From positions 1-37,149 of IMG/VR virus record IMGVR_UViG_3300033067_001074: DNA of 37,149 bases; one strand, given 5' to 3'. Below, one piece after another: positions 25,635-34,568 of the stretch (position 1 is its first letter; each line of letters starts with the position of its first letter). The notes beneath the pieces are model-generated. The model made no database searches. It was not told the origin of the DNA and saw only the letters and a program-made list of their open reading frames with translations. The translations under genes were made by a program, and so were the position numbers. The DNA is from a virus (taxonomy: Duplodnaviria; Caudoviricetes).

Positions 25635-25996
25635 GTTGGCAGGGGAAGTGGGCTGGTAACAGCGTAGGTCGGTGGTTTGGTTACACATCGGAATCGTCTG
25701 GAACTGGTGTTGGCGGTGGATTCACTTTCTATAACCGCCTAAAGACCAAGCGTAGAAAACAGAAGGACGCTGAAAAGATCCTTTCTGAGATTGCCGACCG
25801 ATTCCAGTCGGAGCGACTTAGACACGACGCCAATAGGATCGGTTCTTACGAAAAAGAGATTTCGTATGAACTCGACCTAAACGGTATCACTCAATCCGAA
25901 ATTGATGCAGAAATCGCAAGGCTTCTGCACAAGAAACTGAGGACCGAAGAGGATGAAATCATCCTTCTCCTAATCATGGCTGCGGCTATTGCATGA
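25631..25996 (+). CDS. Hypothetical protein (MSWQG.W.G...WFG; EEDEIILLL tail)
   Basis: ORF track. Confidence 0.65.
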   Translation: MSWQGKWAGNSVGRWFGYTSESSGTGVGGGFTFYNRLKTKRRKQKDAEKILSEIADRFQSERLRHDANRIGSYEKEISYELDLNGITQSEIDAEIARLLHKKLRTEEDEIILLLIMAAAIA

Positions 25997-26265
25997 TTGA
26001 TCTGAATGAGCTAATCGCCCACGCTGAATTGGGCGAAGAGGCCAGGAACTTCATTGAAAGCGAACTAGGCAAGGCAGTTTTAGGAATGGCGCAGCAGGAG
26101 ATTGATGCTGCCTTGCAAGACCTCGCATTGGTAGACCCCGCCGATGTCGAGAAAATCAGAAAGCTCCAGAACCAAGCCGCACTAGGCAGGATGTTTGCTG
26201 CGTGGCTCGGAGAGCTTATCAACAAGGGGGCGAACGCAATGGAGGTTTACAAGCATGAGTCGTAG
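25993..26265 (+). CDS. Small head-module protein
   Basis: ORF track; upstream of the scaffold gene. Confidence 0.65.
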   Translation: MIDLNELIAHAELGEEARNFIESELGKAVLGMAQQEIDAALQDLALVDPADVEKIRKLQNQAALGRMFAAWLGELINKGANAMEVYKHES

Positions 26266-27334
26266 AAACCGGGCTGAAGAAGCGCAAAAAGCCGCTTCTG
26301 AGGCTGGAAGGATTCTGCAATCCCAGCGGAATTTCGGTGATGCAGTAGAAGCAGTGGAACCTGAATCAAAGGGTGATGATGCTCCGCAAAAGTCTCCTAC
26401 CCCAGAGAAGAACCCACGCACCATTGCGCTAGAAGAGATTGCGAACGCGAGACGCCCCGAAGGGGTAGAGGAAGAGAAACAGCCTGAAGAGAAGAAGGAA
26501 CCCGAGGCTGCGGTTACGGACGCGCCAAAGGTCGAGTCTAAGCCGGAGGAACAAGAGCAACAGCCTGAAGCACAGGCCCCGGCTACGGTGATGACCCGTC
26601 AGAAGGTTGACGGGAAGGAATACGAAGTCCCCCAAGCTGAGATTGACGAGGCCGGAGGAGAGAAGGCTTGGCGGATCAACAAAGCCGCCCAGAACAGACT
26701 GGAAGAGGCCAAAGCAGCACTTGCGGAGTCTCGTCGTACCCAAGCCGCACTTGCTGACTTCGTTCAACGCTCTGTCCAGCCGCAAAACCAACAGCCGACC
26801 TTGACCGATGACCAGTTCATCGCGTCCAAGATCGACACTATCCGATTCGGCACGCCGGATGAATCAGCGGCGGCACTGAAAGAAATCCTGCACCGCGCAG
26901 CAAAGCCGGTAGATCAAAACCAGATCACCGCGCACGTTCTGAGCGAAATGCAGAAAACGCAAGCAGTAGAGAAGTTCAAGACGGAGTTTCAGGATTTGCT
27001 TGCGAATCCTATGGTTCTCCGTCTTGCGGTGGCTTTGGAGCAGGACCGGCTACCGCAGTTGCAAAAGCAAGGCCCGGTGGATTGGGAAACCTTCTACCGG
27101 ACGATTGGCAATGAAGTCAGGTCCGTTGTTGGCAAGTCATCCCAACCTGCCAAGACGACCGTTGAAACTCCGGTAGGCAATACCAGCCAAACGGACAAAG
27201 AGGCGCGCAAAGCGTCCATCGTAAACCTTCCTACTGCGTCCACTAGGGCGGCGGTTAAGGAAGATCCGAAACCGGAAACCCGAGAAGACATCCTCAATGA
27301 CATGAGGAAACGTCGAGGGATTCCTATTGGCTAA
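26255..27334 (+). CDS. Capsid scaffolding protein
   Basis: Acidic E/P/Q-rich N-terminus, KVDGKEYEV motif, basic C-terminus MRKRRG; immediately upstream of the capsid gene. Confidence 0.8.
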   Translation: MSRRNRAEEAQKAASEAGRILQSQRNFGDAVEAVEPESKGDDAPQKSPTPEKNPRTIALEEIANARRPEGVEEEKQPEEKKEPEAAVTDAPKVESKPEEQEQQPEAQAPATVMTRQKVDGKEYEVPQAEIDEAGGEKAWRINKAAQNRLEEAKAALAESRRTQAALADFVQRSVQPQNQQPTLTDDQFIASKIDTIRFGTPDESAAALKEILHRAAKPVDQNQITAHVLSEMQKTQAVEKFKTEFQDLLANPMVLRLAVALEQDRLPQLQKQGPVDWETFYRTIGNEVRSVVGKSSQPAKTTVETPVGNTSQTDKEARKASIVNLPTASTRAAVKEDPKPETREDILNDMRKRRGIPIG

Positions 27335-27346
27335 GGAGTAACAACA

Positions 27347-29356
27347 ATGGCAGGTCAACTGGCCCGAAAATTCCTAGCGGAACTTTAGAACCCCGCACGG
27401 TTCTAATAGGGCTCATTCCATACCTGTGCGGAGGTTAAGTGGAATTTACCAAGGACGAGATTAGTAGGTTTCAAGAGAAGTACGTTGTGAGCAAGCAAGA
27501 CGATTGTTGGGTGTGGTCTGGTGGTCGTTATGAAACCGGATACGGGATGTTCTTCATGCGTCGCGGTAGCAGAAAGACGTTTTCTGCGCATCGCGTTTCT
27601 TGGCAAATGAAGCACGGTAAAGAAGTTCCTGCCGGAATGCTTATTTGCCATACCTGTGATAACAGGTTGTGTGTGAACCCAGATCATTTGTACGCCGGGA
27701 CTCATAGGGACAACAACAGAGACACGATTAAGAGAAATCGCGGAAATAGAAAGTACGGTTCCAATTGCTCTTGGGCAAAAGTTACCGAGCGCGATGTTCT
27801 TGAAATAAGACAGTCGAATGAGAAGCAAACCTTGCTTGCTAAGAAATTTGGAATCAGCGCATCACAAATCTGCCACATCAGAAAAGGCAGACGATGGGGC
27901 GATGTTTCCAATCTCGTCTAAACGGTTGACGTTAAAACTAGGTGAATTGCTGGAACACCGTACCGCGTGGTGGCGGCGGCAATCAGCAGCGAAGCCCCGA
28001 TAGGGGAACGTTCAACGACTATCCCGCAAGGGAGTAGGGCTAAGCGGCCCGAAGTGCCTAGCGCCGAAAGGCGAAGATATAGTCTGGTCTGCATCGAAAG
28101 ATGCAGCGGCCCTTAAAGGGCGGCTTGGGAATAGCGAACCCAAGATGAACAAATCGGTGGGCTGTAAACAGTCTCGGTGGGTATTACTACTCGCTGAACC
28201 TGAGTAAAGAACTGCGTATGGGAGTCCAGGCGACTTCCAAATTCCGTTAATAGCTGGCGGAATAAAAACCCATTCTGATTGACTTGAACACCCTGAAGAG
28301 GGCAACAAGGGCGAAGGCGAAAGCCGCGCTGAGAGACTAAGTGAATGGGCCGCGAAAGCGGATGCGATAGTCCGAACTGACGAATAACAAAAGAAGCGTC
28401 AGAGGCCTAGAGAAATCTAGACCCGCCTTGCAATGCAAGGTCTAAGTAACAGATTGCAGTTCGCTGATGTGAAAGACGCTTTCGGAAAAGTCACTCGCGC
28501 TGGTCAGACCTTCACTTGGGACGTTGTTCCGATGATGGGTCGTGGTGATCGAAGCCTGACGGAGACGAACACCATCCCGCAGGGCAACCACACGGTTGTT
28601 CAGGGTACGCTGACGATGAACGAGCGTGGCTACAGCGTTCCGTACACGGAACTGCTGGAAAACCTCTCTCAGTTCGCCGTACGCCAGCCGATCATGAAGG
28701 TGCTGAAGTACGACGCGATGGTTGATCTGGATGCGCTGGTCTGGCAACAGTTCAACAAGACCCCGCTTCGCGCTGCGGCTACGGCCACTGGCGATGCGAT
28801 TACCCTGACCACGAACAGCACGGCTACGCTGACTGTCTCGCAGGGTATCTCTACCACCAACCTGAAGAGCATCGTGGACACGATGAAGGGTCGCAACATT
28901 CCGTATTACACGGACCGCGACTACTACGCCATCGCCCGACCGCTTGCCCTTCGCAAGCTGAAGGATCAGCTTGAGTCCATCTATCAGTACACGACTGATG
29001 GCCTTGAAATGATCATGAACGGCGAGATTGGTCGGTACTCGGATACCCGCTTTGTCGAGCAGACGGCCATCCCGTCCGGTGGTGCGGCGGATTCGACCAC
29101 GTTCAATCCGTTCACTGACACTTCTGATCCTTGGAACGTCGGTACTGGTTCCAACGGTGACTGGGTGTTCGTGTTCGGTGCTGACACGGTGTGCGAAGCG
29201 GTCCACACGCCTGAAGAGATCCGCGCCAAGATCCCGGATGATTACGGTCGTTCCAAGGGTATCGCGTGGTACGCGCTTCTGGGTTATGGAATCACGCACA
29301 ACGATTCCAACAACGTCGCGCAAGCCCGAATCGTCAAGTTCGACTCGGCTGTCTAA
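27347..29356 (+). CDS. Major capsid protein, spliced: join(27347..27360, 28157..28247, 28457..29356), 334 aa
   Basis: RBS TAAGGAG. Joined exons read MAGQLWAVNSLGGYYYSLNLSKELRMGVQATSKFRQFADVKDAFGK..., ending GEIGRY..TRFVE...DDYGRSKGIAWYALLGYG (HK97-fold, N4-gp56-like by recollection). Confidence 0.9.
27361..28156 (+). ncRNA. Group I intron 1 (796 nt, IA2-like) with an HNH ORF in L1
   Basis: 5' exon ends in U; IGS GGTTGAC 27924-30 pairs GTCAACT; P AATTGCTGGAA 27945, Q AATCAGCAG 27981, R GTTCAACGACTA 28010, S AAGATATAGTCT 28074; P3 CTAGGT/GCCTAG; P7.1 and P7.2; terminal G 28156. Confidence 0.92.
27439..27921 (+). CDS. Intron-encoded HNH homing endonuclease
   Basis: CWVWSG...GYG...AHRVSW...ICHTCDNRLCVNPDHL..GT..DN; C-terminal HTH-like LAKKFGISASQI; RBS GGAGG plus GTG. 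Confidence 0.9.
   Translation: MEFTKDEISRFQEKYVVSKQDDCWVWSGGRYETGYGMFFMRRGSRKTFSAHRVSWQMKHGKEVPAGMLICHTCDNRLCVNPDHLYAGTHRDNNRDTIKRNRGNRKYGSNCSWAKVTERDVLEIRQSNEKQTLLAKKFGISASQICHIRKGRRWGDVSNLV
28248..28456 (+). ncRNA. Group I intron 2 (209 nt, ORF-less)
   Basis: Exon ATTCCGT pairs IGS GCGGAAT 28257-63 (U.G at the splice site); P10 AGCTG/CAGTT; P3 CCCATTC/GAATGGG; P7 GACTA 28335/TAGTC 28368; GNRA-capped P6 and P8; terminal G 28456. Confidence 0.9.
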
Positions 29357-29499
29357 CCCTTACTCCGTATTGGGGTAGTGGGGCCTCTCCACTGGGTTGA
29401 TTCTCGTCCGCAAGGGCCTGCGGACGTTAAACGAGTGCTTACCTGCTCACAAGAACATAGAAGGGTGTCGAGGAAGCCGACATCCATAGGGAGATATAC

Positions 29500-29889
29500 A
29501 TGGCTACCATGTCCATGAGTTACGACCACGAGGCATACACCGTGCCTCAAGGCCATCCGATCTCGATTGCTGCTGGTTCGGGCGCTGCTGCCCGATTCAC
29601 GGCTTTCGCGGACACGATTGCGAAAGCTCTCGTGCTGAAGCCCACCACGGCGGGCACTTCGGCGGATACGGTGACGGTCTACGCCGTTACCAACACGACC
29701 ACCAAGACGCTTGGGGTTACGACCATTGCATCCGGTCAAACGACCTACTCGCGCCTTGAGTTCACCACCGGCAGTCGTACCCTGACGGTCGGTGATGAGG
29801 TTCGCATCGTGAAGGGTACGGATGCGACGGTCGTTTACGCTGGTGCCGTGGAATGCGTTACGGTTCCCGGCGCTAACGTCACGCAGTAA
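29500..29889 (+). CDS. Putative capsid cement/decoration protein
   Basis: Thr-rich 129-aa ORF after the capsid gene; strong RBS GGAGATATACATG. Confidence 0.65.
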   Translation: MATMSMSYDHEAYTVPQGHPISIAAGSGAAARFTAFADTIAKALVLKPTTAGTSADTVTVYAVTNTTTKTLGVTTIASGQTTYSRLEFTTGSRTLTVGDEVRIVKGTDATVVYAGAVECVTVPGANVTQ

Positions 29890-29897
29890 ATGCAGGG

Positions 29898-29923
29898 GCC
29901 GGGGGGAAACCCCCGGCATTTCT
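29898..29923 (+). terminator. Putative intrinsic terminator after the capsid genes
   Basis: GCCGGGGG-GAAA-CCCCCGGC hairpin with a short ATTTCT tail (likely leaky). Confidence 0.55.
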
Positions 29924-29924
29924 G

Positions 29925-30944
29925 ATGCAGGAGGATGCTGTTTCGTTTCTAAGGTCGTTCAGTTGGAAGAACCCCAAGCCTTCCAAAACCTGCGCTGTTA
30001 TTCGCTACGGTGCCTTTGGTGATGTGCTACAGAGCGCGTCGATACTTCCTGGCCTGAAAGCCCAAGGGTTCAACGTAACGATGTACTGCACTCCTAGAGG
30101 GGAGGCGGTGCTTAGGGGCAACCCGTCAATTGACGAGTTTGTAGTCCAGAACGAGGACATTGTTCCGAATCACGAGCTAGGTAGTTTCTTTTTATACCTA
30201 GAAAAGAAGTACACAAGGGTAATCAACCTGTGCGAGACGGTCGAGGGGATTGTCCTTCCCATGTCGCAGAGGGCGCATTTCCACTGGCCGAAAGAGGCTC
30301 GGCACGAAGTCTGCAATGTTAACTATGTGCAACTTCAGCACAAGATTGCAGGGGTTCCCTATATCAAGCCAGAGACCCGCTTCTATCCTACTCAGGAAGA
30401 AGCTGAATGGGCGCTGGCTGAGAAGGGTTCAGGAAGGTTTGTAACGTGGGCGGTTACGGGATCGGCTGTGCATAAGGTATGGCCGCACGTTGACGATGTT
30501 ATCAACGCTCTCCACAAGTCACATCCTGATGTGACGGTGGTTCTGGTCGGTGGGAAGAAAGAGGAAGCACTAGAGGGCGATTGGAACCATCCTCTGGTTT
30601 GGAGGAAGGTTGGGAAGTGGGACATTCGACAGGCAATGTCCTTCGCCCGCGTTTCCGATGTAGTTGTGGGACCGGAAACCGGATTGCTGAATTCGGTTGC
30701 GATGGAGCCGAATGGAAAGGTCTTGATTCTCTCCCATTCGACGGTGGAGAACCTGTCTAGGGATTGGGTCAATACCACTTCATTGTGGGCTGAAAACACT
30801 CCATGCTATCCGTGCCACAGACTTCATCTTGAAGGCTGGAAATACTGCACCAGACACATAGACGGCGCGGCGATGTGCCAGATGATGCTTTCGCCTGATC
30901 GCGTCTACAAAGCAATCGTTGAGAAACTAGAGGGGTCTGCTTGA
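29925..30944 (+). CDS. Glycosyltransferase family 9 (heptosyltransferase-like), copy 1
   Basis: IRYGAFGDVL...NPSIDE...HKVWP...VVGPETGLLN...PCYPC. Confidence 0.85.
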   Translation: MQEDAVSFLRSFSWKNPKPSKTCAVIRYGAFGDVLQSASILPGLKAQGFNVTMYCTPRGEAVLRGNPSIDEFVVQNEDIVPNHELGSFFLYLEKKYTRVINLCETVEGIVLPMSQRAHFHWPKEARHEVCNVNYVQLQHKIAGVPYIKPETRFYPTQEEAEWALAEKGSGRFVTWAVTGSAVHKVWPHVDDVINALHKSHPDVTVVLVGGKKEEALEGDWNHPLVWRKVGKWDIRQAMSFARVSDVVVGPETGLLNSVAMEPNGKVLILSHSTVENLSRDWVNTTSLWAENTPCYPCHRLHLEGWKYCTRHIDGAAMCQMMLSPDRVYKAIVEKLEGSA

Positions 30945-31474
30945 CTTGGAAGATTGATGGTCCGCAGGGCAATGAGTCTGCGAAAGTTCGATGGGAGTTG
31001 GTTCCGTACATGAGTGGCAGGGTTCTGGATCTTGGATGTGGGCCGTTCAAGACCTTCCCTCACTTCATCGGTGTGGACAACGGGCACCACGATTCTGCAT
31101 TCGGATGGCAGAACAAGGCTGACGTAGTTGTAGAGACTTGCGAGAAGCTAGACCTGTTTGGGTCTAACTCTGTTGATATGGTGTTCAGCTCTCACTTGCT
31201 GGAACACATCGCAGAGGAAAACATACCGGCAACGCTCAGGGAATGGTGCAGGGTAATCAAGCATGGCGGGCACTTGATCCTATACGTTCCAGACGAGGAT
31301 GAGTATCCCAAGGTGGGAGAAGAAGGGGCCAACCCCGACCACAAGTGGAATGTGAACTACGACAAGGTAGTCAAGTTCATGGAGGGAGTCCCTAGGAATT
31401 GGGACTTGATCGACTTCCAGAAGCGTAATCAGGCTGACGAGTATTCGCTTTTCTTCGTGTTCAAGATCACATGA
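30941..31474 (+). CDS. Class I SAM-dependent methyltransferase
   Basis: VLDLGCG...VDMVFSSHLLEHI...RVIKHGGHLILYVP. Confidence 0.9.
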   Translation: MTWKIDGPQGNESAKVRWELVPYMSGRVLDLGCGPFKTFPHFIGVDNGHHDSAFGWQNKADVVVETCEKLDLFGSNSVDMVFSSHLLEHIAEENIPATLREWCRVIKHGGHLILYVPDEDEYPKVGEEGANPDHKWNVNYDKVVKFMEGVPRNWDLIDFQKRNQADEYSLFFVFKIT

Positions 31475-32499
31475 AGAAACGCGAGTTCAGTTGGAAGAAA
31501 CCCAAGCCATCCAAGACCTGTGCAGTAATCCGATACGGAGCTATCGGGGACATGATGCAAACGTCCTCAATCCTTCCGTGGCTAAAAGAACAGGGCTACC
31601 ACGTTACTCTTTACTGCCAGTCTGGGCAGGGTTACGAGTGCATCAAGCACGACCCACACATTGATCGTTTCATAATCCAAGGCAAGGATCAGGTTCCCAA
31701 CCAGTTCCTAGCCGAGTTCTGGAACGAGACCAAGAAGAAATACGACAAGTGGGTCAACCTCTGCGAGTCTGTAGAGGGAACGCTGTTAGCCATTCCTGGT
31801 CGAGTGAATCACGAATGGCCGAATGATGTCCGTGGCAAGTACATGGACCGGAATTACCTTGAGTGGACCCACGAACTAGCGGAGGTTCCGCCTCCGTATA
31901 GACCTAAGTTCTACTCGACCCTAGAGGAAAAGGCTTGGGCCAGAAAGACGGCTCAGAAGTGGGGCCGGAAGAACATCATTTGGTCGCTCTCTGGTAGTTC
32001 TGGTCACAAGACTTGGCCGCACTTGGACACGATCCTAGCTAGGTTGATGCTTTGCTACACCGACGTTCACGTAGCCCTTGTCGGGGATGAACTCTGCAAG
32101 CTTCTAGAGCAGGGCTGGGAGAAGGAACCTCGGGTGCATTGCAAGTCCGGTGAGTGGACGATTCGTGAGTCCCTTTCCTTTGCCGAAGCTGCGGATTTGG
32201 TGATCGGGACCGAAACGGGTCTCTTGAACGCCGTTGGTCAGATGGACGTGCCTAAGATTTGCACGCTCTCCCATTCTTCCAAGGAAATGCTTACGAAGCA
32301 CTGGAAGAACGCGATTTCTCTTGAACAACCAAAGGGGGTTGGATGCAACAAATCCCCCTGTAGGCAATTGCATTATTCGTGGGACTACTGCCCAAAGCAT
32401 GAGGACACAGGTACTTCTCTGTGTCAGTACCACATTGACCCTGAGATGATGTGGAAGGCGGTGGTTTCTATTCTTGGCGAACCTCAAAGGACGATCTAG
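31471..32499 (+). CDS. Glycosyltransferase family 9, copy 2
   Basis: IRYGAIGDMM...DPHIDRF...HKTWP...LVIGTETGLLN. Confidence 0.85.
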   Translation: MKKREFSWKKPKPSKTCAVIRYGAIGDMMQTSSILPWLKEQGYHVTLYCQSGQGYECIKHDPHIDRFIIQGKDQVPNQFLAEFWNETKKKYDKWVNLCESVEGTLLAIPGRVNHEWPNDVRGKYMDRNYLEWTHELAEVPPPYRPKFYSTLEEKAWARKTAQKWGRKNIIWSLSGSSGHKTWPHLDTILARLMLCYTDVHVALVGDELCKLLEQGWEKEPRVHCKSGEWTIRESLSFAEAADLVIGTETGLLNAVGQMDVPKICTLSHSSKEMLTKHWKNAISLEQPKGVGCNKSPCRQLHYSWDYCPKHEDTGTSLCQYHIDPEMMWKAVVSILGEPQRTI

Positions 32500-32502
32500 T
32501 AA

Positions 32503-33483
32503 ATGGCAACGTCTGGAAGCTGGAACTACTCTGTAACGGCTGGACAGATCATTACTGCCGCCTTTGAGAACCTTGGTGTCATTGCGGCTGGTGGGACTGT
32601 CGCCACTGCGCATTCCAACACCGCCCTTCAAAGACTTAACTTCATTGCCAAGCAATTCCAAGGGACTGCGGACGGAATGCAGGGAATGAAGTTGTGGACC
32701 CGTCAGCGGATTGCGATGTTCCTTGAGAATGGCCAGCAGACCTACCTTATCGGCCCCGCTTCTACCGACTCCAAGGCAACGACCCAATACGGGCGAACCA
32801 CGATCAGCGCAGACGAAGCGGCGGGACAAACCACCCTCAGCATTACCTCCAACACGGACACCACGAACTATCCCGGCACCACGATAACGATGACCAATGG
32901 CGACACTATTGGCGTTGTTCTGGATACCGGAGCGATTCACTGGTCAACGATTTCAGGCACTCCGTCAACCACAGCGACGATTGTTGATGCCCTGCCTTCT
33001 CAGGCTTCTTCTGGACGGTATGTGTTCTGGTTTACCTCCAAAGCTCAAAGGTTCCCTGTCATCGAATCTGCGGTCTTGAGGGACCAGAACCTCGCGGACC
33101 GTCCTATCAACGTATTCAGAAACGTCAAGGAATACGAGCTTGGCGTCCCCTCAAAGTACGCGGATGGTAGCCCTACCTCGATCCTGGTCGAACCTCTCAG
33201 GTTGAATACTCGGGTCACGCTTGACTCCCAGCCTACGAACGTCAAGGAACAATTGATCCTGACGGTTCTATATCCGGCTGAGGACTACGACGCCACGACG
33301 GACGATATTGCTTTTCCTCAAGAGTGGTATGCGGCTCTTGAGTGGGAACTGACCTTCCGGCTTTGCCCTGCGTATGGTGTTCAGTGGACTCCAGAAATGG
33401 AGAAGAACCACGCTAACGCGCTTTCCATTGCAAGGTCGATGAATCCTGAAGTCTCGGACCTGTATTTCCAGCCTAACGCCTAG
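32503..33483 (+). CDS. Head-to-tail adaptor (P22 gp4-like) with an inserted Thr-rich domain
   Basis: MATSG...QIITAAF..LGV...ALQRLN; C-terminal FPQEWYAALEWELT.RLCP.YG. Confidence 0.7.
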   Translation: MATSGSWNYSVTAGQIITAAFENLGVIAAGGTVATAHSNTALQRLNFIAKQFQGTADGMQGMKLWTRQRIAMFLENGQQTYLIGPASTDSKATTQYGRTTISADEAAGQTTLSITSNTDTTNYPGTTITMTNGDTIGVVLDTGAIHWSTISGTPSTTATIVDALPSQASSGRYVFWFTSKAQRFPVIESAVLRDQNLADRPINVFRNVKEYELGVPSKYADGSPTSILVEPLRLNTRVTLDSQPTNVKEQLILTVLYPAEDYDATTDDIAFPQEWYAALEWELTFRLCPAYGVQWTPEMEKNHANALSIARSMNPEVSDLYFQPNA

Positions 33484-33497
33484 AGAGAAAAACAAGA

Positions 33498-34565
33498 ATG
33501 GCTGATACCACCTACGTCAATGGAGTGACCCTTACTGATGCGGATTGGTTCAATGACGTAAACCGTCTGCATTATACGATCTTTGGCGATCCTTCTACCG
33601 TTGGGGCGGCTAGAACTAATCTGGGTGCAATACAGAATTGCTTTTGTGGTCGGCTCACGTTGGCTACTGCTACTCCTGTAATGACCTCAGATCAGACAGC
33701 AAAGACGACCATTTACTACACGCCTTATAAGGGCGATGTAATTTTGATCTATGACGGCACTTACATGGTTCCGACTGTTTTTACGGAGCTATCGCAAGCG
33801 ACCACAGACTCTACCAAGTCACCCGCTGCGGTGACTACGAATTCAAATTATGACCTGTTCGTATGGAACGATTCCGGGACCATTCGATGCACTCGCGGCC
33901 CAGCCTGGTCAAGCGATACCGCTAGGGGTACTGGTGCTGGGACTACTGAACTTGAACTGGTAAAGGGTGTTTATCTCAACAAGGTCGCCATCACCAACGG
34001 CCCCGCCGCGAACCGCGGCACCTACGTCGGCACGATCCGCTCGAACGGCTCGTCGCAGATTGACTGGAAGCTCGGCAGTAGCGCGGCCAGCGGGGGAGAA
34101 GCGTTCCTCGGTGTGTGGAACATGTACAACCGGGTGAGCGTGATGCCAGCGGTGCAGGACACGACGGACAGTTGGACGTACCAGTCCACGACCATCCGTC
34201 CGATGAACAACTCCGCGACCAACCGCATCAGCTTTGTGCGAGGTCTTGACGAGGACAGCGTCTGGGCGCAGAACAGCATCGGAACGAGTTCGTCTGGTTC
34301 CGGCGATCTTGGTATCGCCAGCATTGGATTGGACTCCACAACGGCGAACGCTGCGAATTCCGCAACTACTCAACCGTCCGCGGCAGGGGCGGCTAACACC
34401 TTTGCGTCCCTGTACCCATCCTACGCTGGGTTGCCTGGGATCGGGCTTCACTATCTTCAGTGTCTGGAACGATGCGTGGGGGTGGTAGCGGCGGTGACGT
34501 TCTTCGGCGATGAGGGCGCGCCGACCGTGGCGCGGCAGCAGTTCACCGCCCAAGTGAGGGCCTAA
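33498..34565 (+). CDS. Tail fibre/spike-like protein
   Basis: ADWFNDVN N-terminus; GRLTL..ATPV...TIYYTPY.G; VWNMYNRV. Confidence 0.7.
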   Translation: MADTTYVNGVTLTDADWFNDVNRLHYTIFGDPSTVGAARTNLGAIQNCFCGRLTLATATPVMTSDQTAKTTIYYTPYKGDVILIYDGTYMVPTVFTELSQATTDSTKSPAAVTTNSNYDLFVWNDSGTIRCTRGPAWSSDTARGTGAGTTELELVKGVYLNKVAITNGPAANRGTYVGTIRSNGSSQIDWKLGSSAASGGEAFLGVWNMYNRVSVMPAVQDTTDSWTYQSTTIRPMNNSATNRISFVRGLDEDSVWAQNSIGTSSSGSGDLGIASIGLDSTTANAANSATTQPSAAGAANTFASLYPSYAGLPGIGLHYLQCLERCVGVVAAVTFFGDEGAPTVARQQFTAQVRA

Positions 34566-34568
34566 TCC

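Noticed and set aside
28433-28456. ORF-track ATG as the capsid start (MQGLSNRL)
   Set aside because: It lies in the P9 region of intron 2, has no RBS, and omits the N-terminus supplied by exons 1 and 2.
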